Assembly (NCBI GenBank): GCA_965204535.1
Contig: OZ241996.1
Coordinates: forward strand, 1,440,001-1,504,000
DNA length: 64,000 nucleotides
Direction of reading: 5' to 3'
DNA from: a bacterium
Lineage (GTDB): Bacteria; UBA8248
How positions within the stretch are numbered: the first letter of the stretch is position 1; every line of letters begins with the position of its first letter. The translations under genes were made by a program, and so were the position numbers. Shown piece by piece: positions 29,026 through 38,895 of this stretch. The notes below the pieces were generated by a model. That model was not told the origin of the DNA and ran no database searches. It worked only from the letters and a program-made list of their open reading frames with translations.

Positions 29026-30249
29026 TTGAACGCCTTGAAGAAATGGCAACTCCTCGGCCTGCTCACCATCGGCCACGCTTGCGAACACTGGTTCCAGGGC
29101 GTTCTGGGGCCCGTCATCCCCTACCTGACCGACGACTTGGGCCTCACGCTCACCCAGGTGGGACTCCTCTTCACCGGCAGAGCGGTCATGAGCGCCTTGA
29201 GCAGCGTGGGAACGGGCTACGTGATCGACGTCTACGGCGGCGGGAAATGGCTGCTGGTCGGGTGCATGGCTTCGGCCGCCCTGTTCTACGGCGGGGCGGG
29301 CTTCGCGACGGGATTCTGGACGCTCGCCCCCATCATCTGGCTGAGCGGTCTGGCGACGCACACCTGGCACCCTCCCTCCATGGGGCTGCTGGGCATGCGC
29401 TTCGATGATCGAAAGGGTTTCGCCCTGGGCGTGCACGGCACGGGCGCGAACCTGGGGCAGACCCTGGCCCCCATCATCGCGGGTTATCTGCTCCTCCTCA
29501 TGAGCTGGCGGGGCGTCCTGCTGGCGAACACGATTCCTCTTCTCGTCACGGCGATGCTCTTGTGGATTTTTCTGGAGCCGTTTCAGATCAGCGGAAAGCA
29601 AAAACCCGGCTCCTCGATCACCCCCCGCAATTTCGTGGATGCGCTCATCAAAAACCCGGGGATGATGGGGGCTTGCGTCTTCTCGGGCGTGCGGACGCTC
29701 GCGCACAACATCGTCGCGATTTTCCTGCCCATCCTGCTGGTGAGAAAATACGGCGTGGGGCCGAGCACCCTGGGCCTTGCGCTCGGCGTGTATTCGGCGG
29801 CCTCCATATTTCCCGAAACGATCGTGGGCTATCTCTCCGACAGGATTTCCCGGAAATTGATCCTCTTCATCGGGACCGCCGCCGGCGGAATCGCGCTGTT
29901 CCTGATCCCCCACGCGGGCACGGGAATTTTCCTCTACGTCTGCGTCGCGTCGGTCGGCGTTTTTCTCATCTCCATGCGCTCGGCGATTTTCGCATACGGC
30001 TTCGAGGTCAGCCCGCCCAGGCTGGCGGGAAGCGTCGTCGGCGTAATTTTTACGGCGAACCAGATTTTTGTTGGCCTGGGGTTGTTCTTTCTGGGTATAC
30101 TGGCGGATGCATACGGCTTGGAGCTCGTTTTCGGGACCATCGGCATCGCATGTCTGGGGAGTCTGGTCGCTTTCTCCTGGTTGCCTCGATCGGAGAAGAA
30201 TCCGGACCTTCAGCAGGCAGCGGCGAATCCGGGAGATCTTGTGCGCTAG
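29026..30249 (+). CDS. MFS transporter
   Basis: About 12 hydrophobic segments, G.LSDRISRK motif, Fsr-like WHP. Confidence 0.9.
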   Translation: MNALKKWQLLGLLTIGHACEHWFQGVLGPVIPYLTDDLGLTLTQVGLLFTGRAVMSALSSVGTGYVIDVYGGGKWLLVGCMASAALFYGGAGFATGFWTLAPIIWLSGLATHTWHPPSMGLLGMRFDDRKGFALGVHGTGANLGQTLAPIIAGYLLLLMSWRGVLLANTIPLLVTAMLLWIFLEPFQISGKQKPGSSITPRNFVDALIKNPGMMGACVFSGVRTLAHNIVAIFLPILLVRKYGVGPSTLGLALGVYSAASIFPETIVGYLSDRISRKLILFIGTAAGGIALFLIPHAGTGIFLYVCVASVGVFLISMRSAIFAYGFEVSPPRLAGSVVGVIFTANQIFVGLGLFFLGILADAYGLELVFGTIGIACLGSLVAFSWLPRSEKNPDLQQAAANPGDLVR

Positions 30250-30279
30250 TCCTTCATGATTTGTGCGGGGGGATGTCAT

Positions 30280-33200
30280 ATGAGCGTTCGGATTGAAGAG
30301 CATCCGGGATTTTCCCATATCGAAAAACTCTTGCCGGGCGGCGCTCCCACGCCCGCGGCGAAGGACCTCCTGGCCCTGATCGGGGTCAGCGATCCGGTAG
30401 GCGTAACCAGAAATCTCCAGTCCCTGGCCTTGCACCCCGCGTTCCCGCGCAACAACTCCGAGTTTTTGCTCCAATTGTTGTCCTCTCTGCGCAACACGTT
30501 CGACCCCGAACGCGCCCTGAGCAATTTCGAGCGCATTCTGGGCACCCGCGAGAATCCGGACCTGCTGTTGAGATCCCTCACCCGCTCGGATGAGCGCAGG
30601 GCGGAATTTTTCGCGCTGGCGGGCGGGAGCCAGTTCCTGATCGAAACGATTCTGCGGCATCCCCGTTTTCTCGACTGGCTCCTGCGGCCCGGCACACTGA
30701 GTACCGCCCGCACGAAGGAAAAAATGGTCTCCGAGCTATGGAAGTGGGTGCAGGAGAACCGGGATGAGGCCAATGGGCCGGAAAACGCGATGCGCCGGTT
30801 CCGTCAGCGCGAATACCTGAGAATCGCGGTGCTGGATCTGTTGCGGCGGGCGTCGCTCATGGAAATCACCACGAATCTCTCCCACCTGGCGGACGCCTGC
30901 CTGGAGGTGGCGGTCCGCCTCGCAAGGGCCGAGCTCGTGGAAAAATACGGGAAACCCCGCCACAAAGGGGCGGACGGGAGATGGCGAAGCACCGAATTCA
31001 GCGTGATCGGGATGGGCAAGCTCGGCGGGCTGGAGCTCAACTTCAGTTCGGACATCGATCTGATCTTCGTGTATTCATCGGACGAAGGAGAGACGACCGG
31101 GGTGACGGACGCGATCACGGGCCGGACGAAAAGGAGCATCTCCAACCACGAGTTTTTCGCCCATCTCTCCCGGCGCCTCATATCCCTGATGGCGAAAAAC
31201 ACCGAAGAGGGCCACGTGTTCCGGATAGACACGCGCCTCAGGCCCGAGGGGTCGCAAGGCGCACTGGCGTATTCACTCAGAAGCTGTGAGGTGTATTACG
31301 AATCCTGGGGCGAGACGTGGGAGCGGCAGGCTCTCATCAAATCCCGGCACTGCGCGGGTTCCGCCGCCTTGAGCGATGACTTCATGAAGATGATTCGCCC
31401 GTTCGTGTACCGGCGGACGATGGACATCAGCGTGCTCGAGGAGATCGGCCGCATCAAGGGCCGCATCAACGAAAACCTGAAGGGCGTGGACGCGGCGACG
31501 CGAAACGTGAAGCTCGGCGAAGGCGGCATCCGCGAGATCGAATTCATCACCCAGGCATTGCAGCTCATCTACGGCGGCCGCGAAACGCTTCTCCAGAACC
31601 CGGGCACGCTGGCGGGCCTTTCCATCATCGAGGCGCTCGGCCTTTTGCCCGCCCATGAATGCGACCAGCTCTCGAACGCCTACGTGTTCCTAAGAGACGT
31701 AGAGCACCGCGTGCAGGTCACGCACGGGCTTCAGACGCACGAGGTTCCGGCGGATGAGAAGAGCCTGAACGTGCTGGCGCGCAAGATGGACTGCGCGGAA
31801 AGCGCTGAACTGAGAACCCGGCTGGCGTATCACCAGAACAACGTATCCAGGGTTTTTGAAAACATGTTCCGGGGTGAAAACGGGGAAGAGGAAACGCCGT
31901 CGCCGAGCGGTGCCCCGACGCCGGCGCTTACGCTGGGCGACTCGCTGTCCGCCGAGGATCTGGGCTCCTACAGCTTTGTGGACCCCGAAGGCGTGAGCAC
32001 GCACCTCAAACTCCTGCGCAACGGCGCATCGCTCGAACACGTGAGCGCCAAGGCGAAGCGGATTTTCGACGAACTCCTCCCCCGCATGCTGCACCAGACG
32101 CTCGACCTCCCCGAACCGGACAGGGCCATCGCGCACCTCAATAAATTCGTGGAGCGGGGGGGCGGGCGCGAATCCATCCTGGGATTCATGGCCGCGCAGG
32201 AAGAATCGCTGGAAATCATTCTCAAGCTCTTCGCTTCGAGCAATTATCTGGCCGAGGTGCTGATCGAACAGCCCGGGCTCCTGGAGACGCTCTTTCAGAG
32301 GGAAACGCTCACCGAGCCGCGCTCCGAGGCGCTGCTCGCCGAAGAGCTGAACAAAATAACGGGCGCCCAAATCTCGCCGGAAGAAAAATTCAACCGCCTG
32401 CATCTGCTCAAGAAAAGCGAGGAGCTCGCGATAGGCATCAGAAGCATTCTCGGGGCGGCGGACATCCTCGAAACGCTCTCCGCCCTCTCCCACCTCGCCG
32501 AAGCAATACTCAAGAGCGGCTACGACATCGCCCACGAGAGAATGCGGAAGCTCTACGGCGTCCCGATGGAGGAGGAGACGGGGGCGGAAGCCCGATTCGC
32601 CATCATCGGCCTCGGCAAGCTGGGCAGCGGGGAGATGAACTACGGCTCGGACCTCGACCTGATATTCGTCTACAGCGCCGCCGGGACGACGAGCGGCCAA
32701 TTCGACGGCAAACCAGCCGAATACCGAGCCGTCTCGAACCACGAATTCTACATCAAGGTCGCCACGTTCCTGCGCGACAGCCTGGCCGCATCGGGCTCAC
32801 GTGAGAGGACATACGAGATGGACCTGCGCCTGCGGCCCGAAGGAGTGAAGGGTGCATTGGTCGCGCCGGTGGATGTGTTTGCAGATTACTTTAACAACCG
32901 GGCTGAAACATGGGAAAGGCAAGCACTTACGAGATCAAGGCATGTCGCGGGATGTGAAGGGTTCGGCGCACAGTTCATGGAGTTGGTGAATGAATTCGTG
33001 TATGTGCGCGAAGCGCCCGCGGACCTCGCCGAACAGGTGCGTCACATGCGCGGACGCATCGAAAAAGAACTCTCCGCCGAGGATGAGGGAATCGCCGACA
33101 TCAAGCTCGGTCGCGGGGGGATCATCGACATCGAGTTCTTGACGCAGTATCTGTTGATAGGAAATGGAGGAGCGCATCCGGATATCCGGGTTCCGAACAC

Positions 33201-33495
33201 CTACCTCGCCCTGCAGGCCTTGAGGAAGGCGGGTTTTCTTTCGGGCGAGGATGCCGGGGCGTTGCTCGATGGGTACCGCTTCCTGCGCCTCGTCGAGAAC
33301 CGACTCCGCATCGGGAATGCGCAATCGATCAACATCTTTTTGAAAACGAGACACGCCATGAACATGTTGGCGCGGCGAATGAATTTCGTGGATGATATGG
33401 ATGGAAGCGCCAACGCCAAATTGTTGGCCCGGTTCGAAATGCATACGGACCGCGTGAGGCAGGTCTATGAGAAAATCGTAACCGCGAACGAGTGA
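30280..33495 (+). CDS. glnE: Bifunctional glutamine synthetase adenylyltransferase/adenylyl-removing enzyme
   Basis: Two GKLG..E.N..SD.DL nucleotidyltransferase domains, D.RLRPEG, WERQAL, KLG.GGI..IEF. Confidence 0.95.
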   Translation: MSVRIEEHPGFSHIEKLLPGGAPTPAAKDLLALIGVSDPVGVTRNLQSLALHPAFPRNNSEFLLQLLSSLRNTFDPERALSNFERILGTRENPDLLLRSLTRSDERRAEFFALAGGSQFLIETILRHPRFLDWLLRPGTLSTARTKEKMVSELWKWVQENRDEANGPENAMRRFRQREYLRIAVLDLLRRASLMEITTNLSHLADACLEVAVRLARAELVEKYGKPRHKGADGRWRSTEFSVIGMGKLGGLELNFSSDIDLIFVYSSDEGETTGVTDAITGRTKRSISNHEFFAHLSRRLISLMAKNTEEGHVFRIDTRLRPEGSQGALAYSLRSCEVYYESWGETWERQALIKSRHCAGSAALSDDFMKMIRPFVYRRTMDISVLEEIGRIKGRINENLKGVDAATRNVKLGEGGIREIEFITQALQLIYGGRETLLQNPGTLAGLSIIEALGLLPAHECDQLSNAYVFLRDVEHRVQVTHGLQTHEVPADEKSLNVLARKMDCAESAELRTRLAYHQNNVSRVFENMFRGENGEEETPSPSGAPTPALTLGDSLSAEDLGSYSFVDPEGVSTHLKLLRNGASLEHVSAKAKRIFDELLPRMLHQTLDLPEPDRAIAHLNKFVERGGGRESILGFMAAQEESLEIILKLFASSNYLAEVLIEQPGLLETLFQRETLTEPRSEALLAEELNKITGAQISPEEKFNRLHLLKKSEELAIGIRSILGAADILETLSALSHLAEAILKSGYDIAHERMRKLYGVPMEEETGAEARFAIIGLGKLGSGEMNYGSDLDLIFVYSAAGTTSGQFDGKPAEYRAVSNHEFYIKVATFLRDSLAASGSRERTYEMDLRLRPEGVKGALVAPVDVFADYFNNRAETWERQALTRSRHVAGCEGFGAQFMELVNEFVYVREAPADLAEQVRHMRGRIEKELSAEDEGIADIKLGRGGIIDIEFLTQYLLIGNGGAHPDIRVPNTYLALQALRKAGFLSGEDAGALLDGYRFLRLVENRLRIGNAQSINIFLKTRHAMNMLARRMNFVDDMDGSANAKLLARFEMHTDRVRQVYEKIVTANE

Positions 33496-33567
33496 CCCCC
33501 GGCGGGAGCCGCCGGCCGGGCAACCCCGCGCATCCCTTTTCGCACAACCAACGCCAGAGGACTCGAA

Positions 33568-34791
33568 TTGCTTATCAATCCAGATCGTTTTCGCCTGTCC
33601 ATGGAGGAGATGGCCCGGGTCGGAGCGACTAAAGGAGGCGGCGTCAACCGCCTCACGCTCACCGACGCCGACAAGGAAGCCAGGGATTTGTTCGCCGCGT
33701 GGGTGGGCGAGGCCGGCCTCGATTTGCGGATCGACGAGATGGGAAACATGTTCGCCAGGCGCGCGGGCCGGGAAAACGACGCCCCTCCCGCCATGGCGGG
33801 CAGCCACCTGGACTCCGTGCCGAACGGCGGCCGCTTCGATGGCTCGCTGGGCGTACTGGCCGCCCTGGAAACCGTGAGGACGCTGAACGACAAGAACATA
33901 TCGACGAGGCGCCCGGTAGAGATCGTCAACTGGACGAACGAGGAGGGCCCCCGCTTCCCGCCTTCGATGCTCGGAAGCGGCGTGTTCGCGGGCGCGATAC
34001 CGATCGAGGCGGCCTATGAGACGAAAGACGCTGATGGCGCGAGGTTTATCGATGAACTCGAGCGCATCGGCTACCGGGGAGATGCGCCCTGCACCCCCCG
34101 GCCTGTCGGGTCGTACCTCGAACTCCACATCGAGCAAGGCCCCGCCCTCGTGAGCGAAGGGGTTCAGGTAGGCGTCGTGGAGGGGATTTTCGGCCTCACC
34201 TGGCTGCGGGTCACCATGAAAGGAGAGCGCGACCACGCCGGCCCCACGCCGATGCACATGCGGCGCGACGCCCTGGTGGGCGCGGCGCGGACGATTGCGG
34301 CCATCCGTGAAATCCCGGGGAAACTGCATACCGAATTCGTCGCCACGGTGGGGGAATTCTCCCTCTCCCCCAATGCGATCAACGTCATTCCCGATGACGT
34401 GACGTTCTCGGTCGATTTCAGGCACAGCGACCCGGAACTGCTCGGTGAGGCGCGAAAGCTCATCGAGGAGGCCGCGCACAGAGAAGCGGAGAAGGAAAAT
34501 CTCGAGGTCGAGATTCAAGAGGTCGGCGGCTCTACCCCCACCGCGTTCAACGCAAGCGTGGCGCAGACCGTCAGGAACGCTTGCGAGGAGTCGGGCTACA
34601 GCCACCGCTCCATGTGGAGCGCCGCCGGGCACGACGCCCGCTATGCGGCAGACCTCGGGCCCACGGCCATGATCTTCGTTCCCTGCGTCGCCGGGAAGAG
34701 CCACTCCGAAGAAGAGGACCTGGACTGGGAGGACGCCTACCGGGGCTGCGACGTCCTGGCACGCGGGTTGCTGAAAACGGCGGATTCCTGA
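33568..34791 (+). CDS. M20 Zn-dependent amidohydrolase (N-carbamoyl-L-amino acid / allantoate hydrolase type)
   Basis: GSHLDSVP.GG.FDG, NEEG.RF, ELHIEQGP, HAG.TPM, AGHDA, SHS..E. Confidence 0.92.
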   Translation: MLINPDRFRLSMEEMARVGATKGGGVNRLTLTDADKEARDLFAAWVGEAGLDLRIDEMGNMFARRAGRENDAPPAMAGSHLDSVPNGGRFDGSLGVLAALETVRTLNDKNISTRRPVEIVNWTNEEGPRFPPSMLGSGVFAGAIPIEAAYETKDADGARFIDELERIGYRGDAPCTPRPVGSYLELHIEQGPALVSEGVQVGVVEGIFGLTWLRVTMKGERDHAGPTPMHMRRDALVGAARTIAAIREIPGKLHTEFVATVGEFSLSPNAINVIPDDVTFSVDFRHSDPELLGEARKLIEEAAHREAEKENLEVEIQEVGGSTPTAFNASVAQTVRNACEESGYSHRSMWSAAGHDARYAADLGPTAMIFVPCVAGKSHSEEEDLDWEDAYRGCDVLARGLLKTADS

Positions 34792-34830
34792 GCGGAATAC
34801 TTTCCACACAGCAAGGATGAGGGGAAACGA

Positions 34831-35670
34831 ATGGCTAGAGTGAAATGGGAAAACGGGGCGCGATGCGCCGTATGTCTGACTTTCGACGTGGACGGCGAGA
34901 CGGTCTGGATGGGCCGGGACCCCTCGCTGGGGGGCCGCCCCATCCACAACTCCATGGGCGCTTACGGCCCCAAGGTGGGAATCCCGCGGATACTGAAGCT
35001 CCTAAAGAAATACAGCCTGCCCGGCGCTTTCTACATCCCGAGCTGGACGGTGGAGAAATGGCCGAAGATGACCGAATCCATCGTGAAGGCGGGCCATGAA
35101 ATCGGCCACCACGGCCACATTCACGAAAAGCCCTACCAGATGTGCGACGCCGAGCGCGAAGAGGAACTGCTCGTGCGCGCCCTCGATATATTAAGGCGCG
35201 ACACGGGGCAGGAAATCCTGGGGTCCCGCACCCCCTCGGCGGACCCGAGCGTCCACACGATGGGGCTGCTCAAGAAATACGGGCTCTTGTACCACTCGAA
35301 CATGATGGACGACGACTGGCCCTACTATCACGACTGCGGCCTCGTTGAGTTGCCCACCAAGTGGAGCCTGGATGATTTCATCTTCTTCGCCCACAGCACG
35401 AATCCGCCGCTCGGCCACGGCATCCGCGACCCCGAATCGGTCTATTCGATATGGGTCGAGGAGTTCGAGGGCACGTATGAGGAAGGCGGATACATCAACA
35501 TCATGTGCCATCCCCAGATCATCGGCCAGCACCACCGCATGCGGATGCTTGAGCGGCTGATTCAGCACATCCTCACGAAGGGCGACGCCTGGATCGCCGC
35601 ACCTGTCGACGTGGCGAAGTGCTGGGCGTCACAAAGAAAAGCACCCAGGGTGAGAAGAACGAGAAGATAA
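34831..35670 (+). CDS. Polysaccharide deacetylase (CE4, PgdA/PuuE-like)
   Basis: LTFDVD, GHEIGHHGHIH, HPQIIG motifs. Confidence 0.88.
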   Translation: MARVKWENGARCAVCLTFDVDGETVWMGRDPSLGGRPIHNSMGAYGPKVGIPRILKLLKKYSLPGAFYIPSWTVEKWPKMTESIVKAGHEIGHHGHIHEKPYQMCDAEREEELLVRALDILRRDTGQEILGSRTPSADPSVHTMGLLKKYGLLYHSNMMDDDWPYYHDCGLVELPTKWSLDDFIFFAHSTNPPLGHGIRDPESVYSIWVEEFEGTYEEGGYINIMCHPQIIGQHHRMRMLERLIQHILTKGDAWIAAPVDVAKCWASQRKAPRVRRTRR

Positions 35671-35684
35671 GTCGCGGCGTAGTC

Positions 35685-36122
35685 TCAGAGTATCGGGGAG
35701 AGCCAGCCCAGCAGGCCGCCATAGATCGCATGGGCGATCACGGCGGTCTGCCACGCCCTGGGGTGGAACTTTCGGCTGAAAAAACCGTGCCCCGTGATGA
35801 GCGGGTTGAAGACGCATTGGGAGAAGATCAGGAGCACCCCGCCCCAGATCAGGCCGCGCACGACGTTTGGCCCGGCAAGATACCCCGCCGCCCAGGTGGC
35901 GTATATCAGGCCGAAGATAACCCCGTTCAGATGCACGGCGATGAAGCCGAGCGCGTAAGGCGGATTCCCCTCGTACGCCTCGCCGAACAGGAGCATCGAC
36001 ACCCCCTTGCCGAAGTCCAGCCTCGCCATGCCTATCTTGTCCGCGATCAGGGCGAAGACGAGATGGGCGTAGGTGGCCAGAAAAGAGGCCGCGCAGACGA
36101 CGAAAAAGTCACCCGGGTTCAT
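35685..36122 (-). CDS. Small integral membrane hypothetical protein
   Basis: Four hydrophobic helices with His residues (VHLNG, AHAIYG); GAGGGG RBS. Confidence 0.7.
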   Translation of the reverse strand: MNPGDFFVVCAASFLATYAHLVFALIADKIGMARLDFGKGVSMLLFGEAYEGNPPYALGFIAVHLNGVIFGLIYATWAAGYLAGPNVVRGLIWGGVLLIFSQCVFNPLITGHGFFSRKFHPRAWQTAVIAHAIYGGLLGWLSPIL

Positions 36123-36347
36123 AAATCCCCTCCTCGCTCGGCGGTGGAATCCTGAATTTTCCAAAAAATTCTTGCAGGGCGCATCCCCGGCGGGGAGGCG
36201 TCCCCATGAAGAAGAGAATACAGGCATCGGCGCGCACTCGCCAAGCCCTGTCCGACCTGATCGAAGGCCGTCTGTCGAGTCCCGATGCGCGAACCGATCA
36301 GATAAAACCGGCCACGCGGCTCATCGTATAAGAAGCCCTTGAAGTGG

Positions 36348-36417
36348 AAAACGACATCAGGCAGCCCTCGGCCGATATGCGCCCAAAGAAATTACCCGGC
36401 ATCTACGGTACTTGACC
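36348..36417 (+). repeat. ~70-bp direct repeat, copy 1
   Basis: aaacgacatcaggcagccctcggccgatatgcgcccaaagaaattacccggcatctacggtacttgacc, colinear with 37553-37622. Confidence 0.85.
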
Positions 36418-36563
36418 GTCGGCATGCCATTCCATCCGCAAAAAGTAACAAATGGAGACCATGAACGGGTCGTAGTTGTCGTCGGGCTTGGTTGTGGTGG
36501 GATACGAGTCGTCTTTTGTGTCCTACTTCTTCCCAGACTTTGGCTCCATCTTGTCGCTTGGCC

Positions 36564-36589
36564 TATTACAGGTTATATTACTGGTAATA
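36564..36589 (+). promoter_or_regulatory. Probable TA autoregulatory operator
   Basis: Palindrome tattac-tg-gtaata (36576-36589) plus a degenerate overlapping copy just before the AAGGAGG RBS of the antitoxin. Confidence 0.55.
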
Positions 36590-36604
36590 ACAAGGAGGTC
36601 ACTC

Positions 36605-36907
36605 ATGAGTGATATATCCCGGAGACGTGCGACAAAAAAATATCGGAGCCGTTTGGCTGAACGCGGCATGGCCCGCTTCGAGGTCCTCGGGCGCGACGCT
36701 GACAAAGAGCTTATCCGCTCGTTAGCCAGACGTTTGGCGGAAGACTGTCCGGAAGCCGATCGTCTGAGGAGCGTCGTCAGCCAGGGCGTCACGGGGAAAC
36801 CGCCACGGAAAGGCGGAATCCTTGAAGCGCTGCGCCGCTCGCCGCTCGTCGGCGCCGAAGCCATTGCATCCCGTCCATTCGAGTCCGGTCGCAAGATTGA
36901 TCTGTGA
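36605..36907 (+). CDS. Putative antitoxin partner of the PIN toxin
   Basis: Small basic ORF after AAGGAGG, 4-bp GTGA overlap with the PIN gene. Confidence 0.75.
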   Translation: MSDISRRRATKKYRSRLAERGMARFEVLGRDADKELIRSLARRLAEDCPEADRLRSVVSQGVTGKPPRKGGILEALRRSPLVGAEAIASRPFESGRKIDL

Positions 36908-37338
36908 GCCGGTATCTTCTTGACACCAATATCATCAGCAGCGTCACGAAGCCTGCGCCACCGCAGTCTCTGCTGACCTGGATGGCCGGGCAGGCTGACG
37001 AAAATCTCTTCATATCCGCGCTCACCATCGCCGAGGTCCGACGCGGCGTATTGGAGAAGCCTGCCGGCCGCAAACGTGATCAACTCGAAGCGTGGTTCAC
37101 AGGTCCGGAGGGGCCACCGGCTCTTTTTGTTGGCCGCGTCCTCCCCTTCGACGAGAAGGCCGCTCTCGTATGGGCAAGACTTATGGCGGAAGGCAAGGCG
37201 CAAGGCCGTTCCCGCAGCGCGCTCGACACGATCATCGCGGCGATTGCGGAAGCCAATGAATGTATCGTCGTGACCGACAATGAAAAGGACTTCATCGGCG
37301 TCGAGACGTTCAACCCGCTTCGAAACACGGCACGATGA
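36904..37338 (+). CDS. vapC: VapC-like PIN domain toxin
   Basis: YLLDTN, TIAE, D.IIAAIA, VTDN..DF motifs. Confidence 0.9.
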   Translation: MSRYLLDTNIISSVTKPAPPQSLLTWMAGQADENLFISALTIAEVRRGVLEKPAGRKRDQLEAWFTGPEGPPALFVGRVLPFDEKAALVWARLMAEGKAQGRSRSALDTIIAAIAEANECIVVTDNEKDFIGVETFNPLRNTAR

Positions 37339-37392
37339 AACAGCGAGTGCTCAGCGTTCAGTTCGTTATCGCGAGTCACCAAAGAGAACAAG

Positions 37393-37560
37393 ATGTCGAA
37401 GACCCGGGTAGAGTGGACGGATGCAGCCTGGAATCCCGTGGCGGGATACGCCGTTCCGACAACCGGCTGCACCGATTGTTACGCCATGGCGATGCGAAGC
37501 GCCTGGAGGCCATGAGGTCGAGAAATATGCGGGAGCGACTCGCCGGAGCGGGAAACGACA
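37393..37560 (+). pseudogene. Remnant of a phage Gp37/Gp68 (DUF5131)-like gene
   Basis: Manual translation MSKTRVEWTDAAWNPVAG...GCTDCYAM, then frameshifts and truncation at the repeat. Confidence 0.75.
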
Positions 37561-37622
37561 TCAGCCAGCCTTCGGCCGAAATGCGCCAAAAGAAATTATC
37601 CGGCATCTACGGGGCTTGACCC
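37553..37622 (+). repeat. ~70-bp direct repeat, copy 2
   Basis: aaacgacatcagccagccttcggccgaaatgcgccaaaagaaattatccggcatctacggggcttgacc. Confidence 0.85.
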
Positions 37623-37672
37623 CGCTCGGCGAATTCACCCCTTGAATCACGCACCTTCGACATCCTTTGCCC

Positions 37673-38854
37673 CTACCCGGTGTACTCCAGGATGTGCATC
37701 CCCGCTCCGTTCCGGTCGATCAGGTAGAGCAGGCCGTTCTCGTCCATGCCGATGTCGTTCGACTGGGCGTAGTCCTTACCGAAGTTCATTTCGGGGATGT
37801 AGTGTCCGACTTCCTCAGGCTTGAACGGATCCGACACATCGATGGCCCGAAGCCCCGAGTTGAAGTACGTCAGGAAGACAAGGTCCTTCCAGGGGCCTTC
37901 CGCAGGGAGATATTCAAGTATGTTGTGCGCCCCGAAGCGCCCTCCCCGGTTCATGTTCTCTTCCCTGTCGGGGATGTAGGTGGAGACGGGTATCGGGTTC
38001 GTCTCGTCCCGGATGTCCACCACCCACATGAACTGGCTGTGTTCGTAGTTCTCCCGCGCGTTCGCCTCGTCCGTCACCACCACGTACGGCCTGTCGCCGA
38101 GCGGCCAGACGGTATGCGTGGAGCCGACGAAGGGCGGCGACCAGCAAAGGCGCCCCACGCACTCGATGTTTCGCAGATCTGCGCAATCGAAAATGCCCAT
38201 GCCCGCCCCCCAGAAACCGCAGTACATGCGATCTCCGCGAATGGTGGCGGGGCCGTGGCACGTCCACGAACGCGAGAAATCCTCAGGCTCTTCGTACTCG
38301 TAATCGAGACTCAGATCCTGCTGCGGCAGACCGACGATGTTGAGCACCTCGGGCTTGAGAGGATTCGTGATGTCGAGAGTCCACATGACCCGGTTTCGCC
38401 ACCCCTCGGCATGGTTCGGCAGAAACGCGAGCCCGCGTTCGTTGTCGACGCCGAAACGATGCGGCCCTGTGCCGGGCAGATCGAAAAAGCCGACTTCCTT
38501 CGGCTCCGCCGGATTCGAGATATCGAAAATGCACAGGCCCGACCGCGCCGCCTCTCCTTCAGGCGTCTTGAGTCGCTCGTGATTCACATAGAGCAGGTCG
38601 TCCCCCACGATGCGAACCTTGTGATTGTGCAGGCCGGGGGGCGCGAACACCTCGGCGATGCGTCTCGGGTTGCTGGGGTCGGATACGTCGTGGACGGTCC
38701 AGCCCTCCGGTCCGTCGTAGCTCGCCGTTCCCACCGCGCCCACATAGGCGTATCCGTTTTTCACCTCGACGATGCTGCCCCCGCCCCATGCCGCGTCCTG
38801 GTCGTGTCCTACGAGTCTGAAATTCTTCGATTCAGCCGGTGCGCCTTTCGCCAT
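37673..38854 (-). CDS. LVIVD-repeat beta-propeller protein
   Basis: Repeated (V/I)D(V/I)S(D/N)P..P..(V/I)G units; GLRAIDVSDP..P.EVG. Confidence 0.85.
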   Translation of the reverse strand: MAKGAPAESKNFRLVGHDQDAAWGGGSIVEVKNGYAYVGAVGTASYDGPEGWTVHDVSDPSNPRRIAEVFAPPGLHNHKVRIVGDDLLYVNHERLKTPEGEAARSGLCIFDISNPAEPKEVGFFDLPGTGPHRFGVDNERGLAFLPNHAEGWRNRVMWTLDITNPLKPEVLNIVGLPQQDLSLDYEYEEPEDFSRSWTCHGPATIRGDRMYCGFWGAGMGIFDCADLRNIECVGRLCWSPPFVGSTHTVWPLGDRPYVVVTDEANARENYEHSQFMWVVDIRDETNPIPVSTYIPDREENMNRGGRFGAHNILEYLPAEGPWKDLVFLTYFNSGLRAIDVSDPFKPEEVGHYIPEMNFGKDYAQSNDIGMDENGLLYLIDRNGAGMHILEYTG

Positions 38855-38895
38855 TGTCCGTCTCCTGTACAGTCGCCGTGAAACCAACAATCAAC

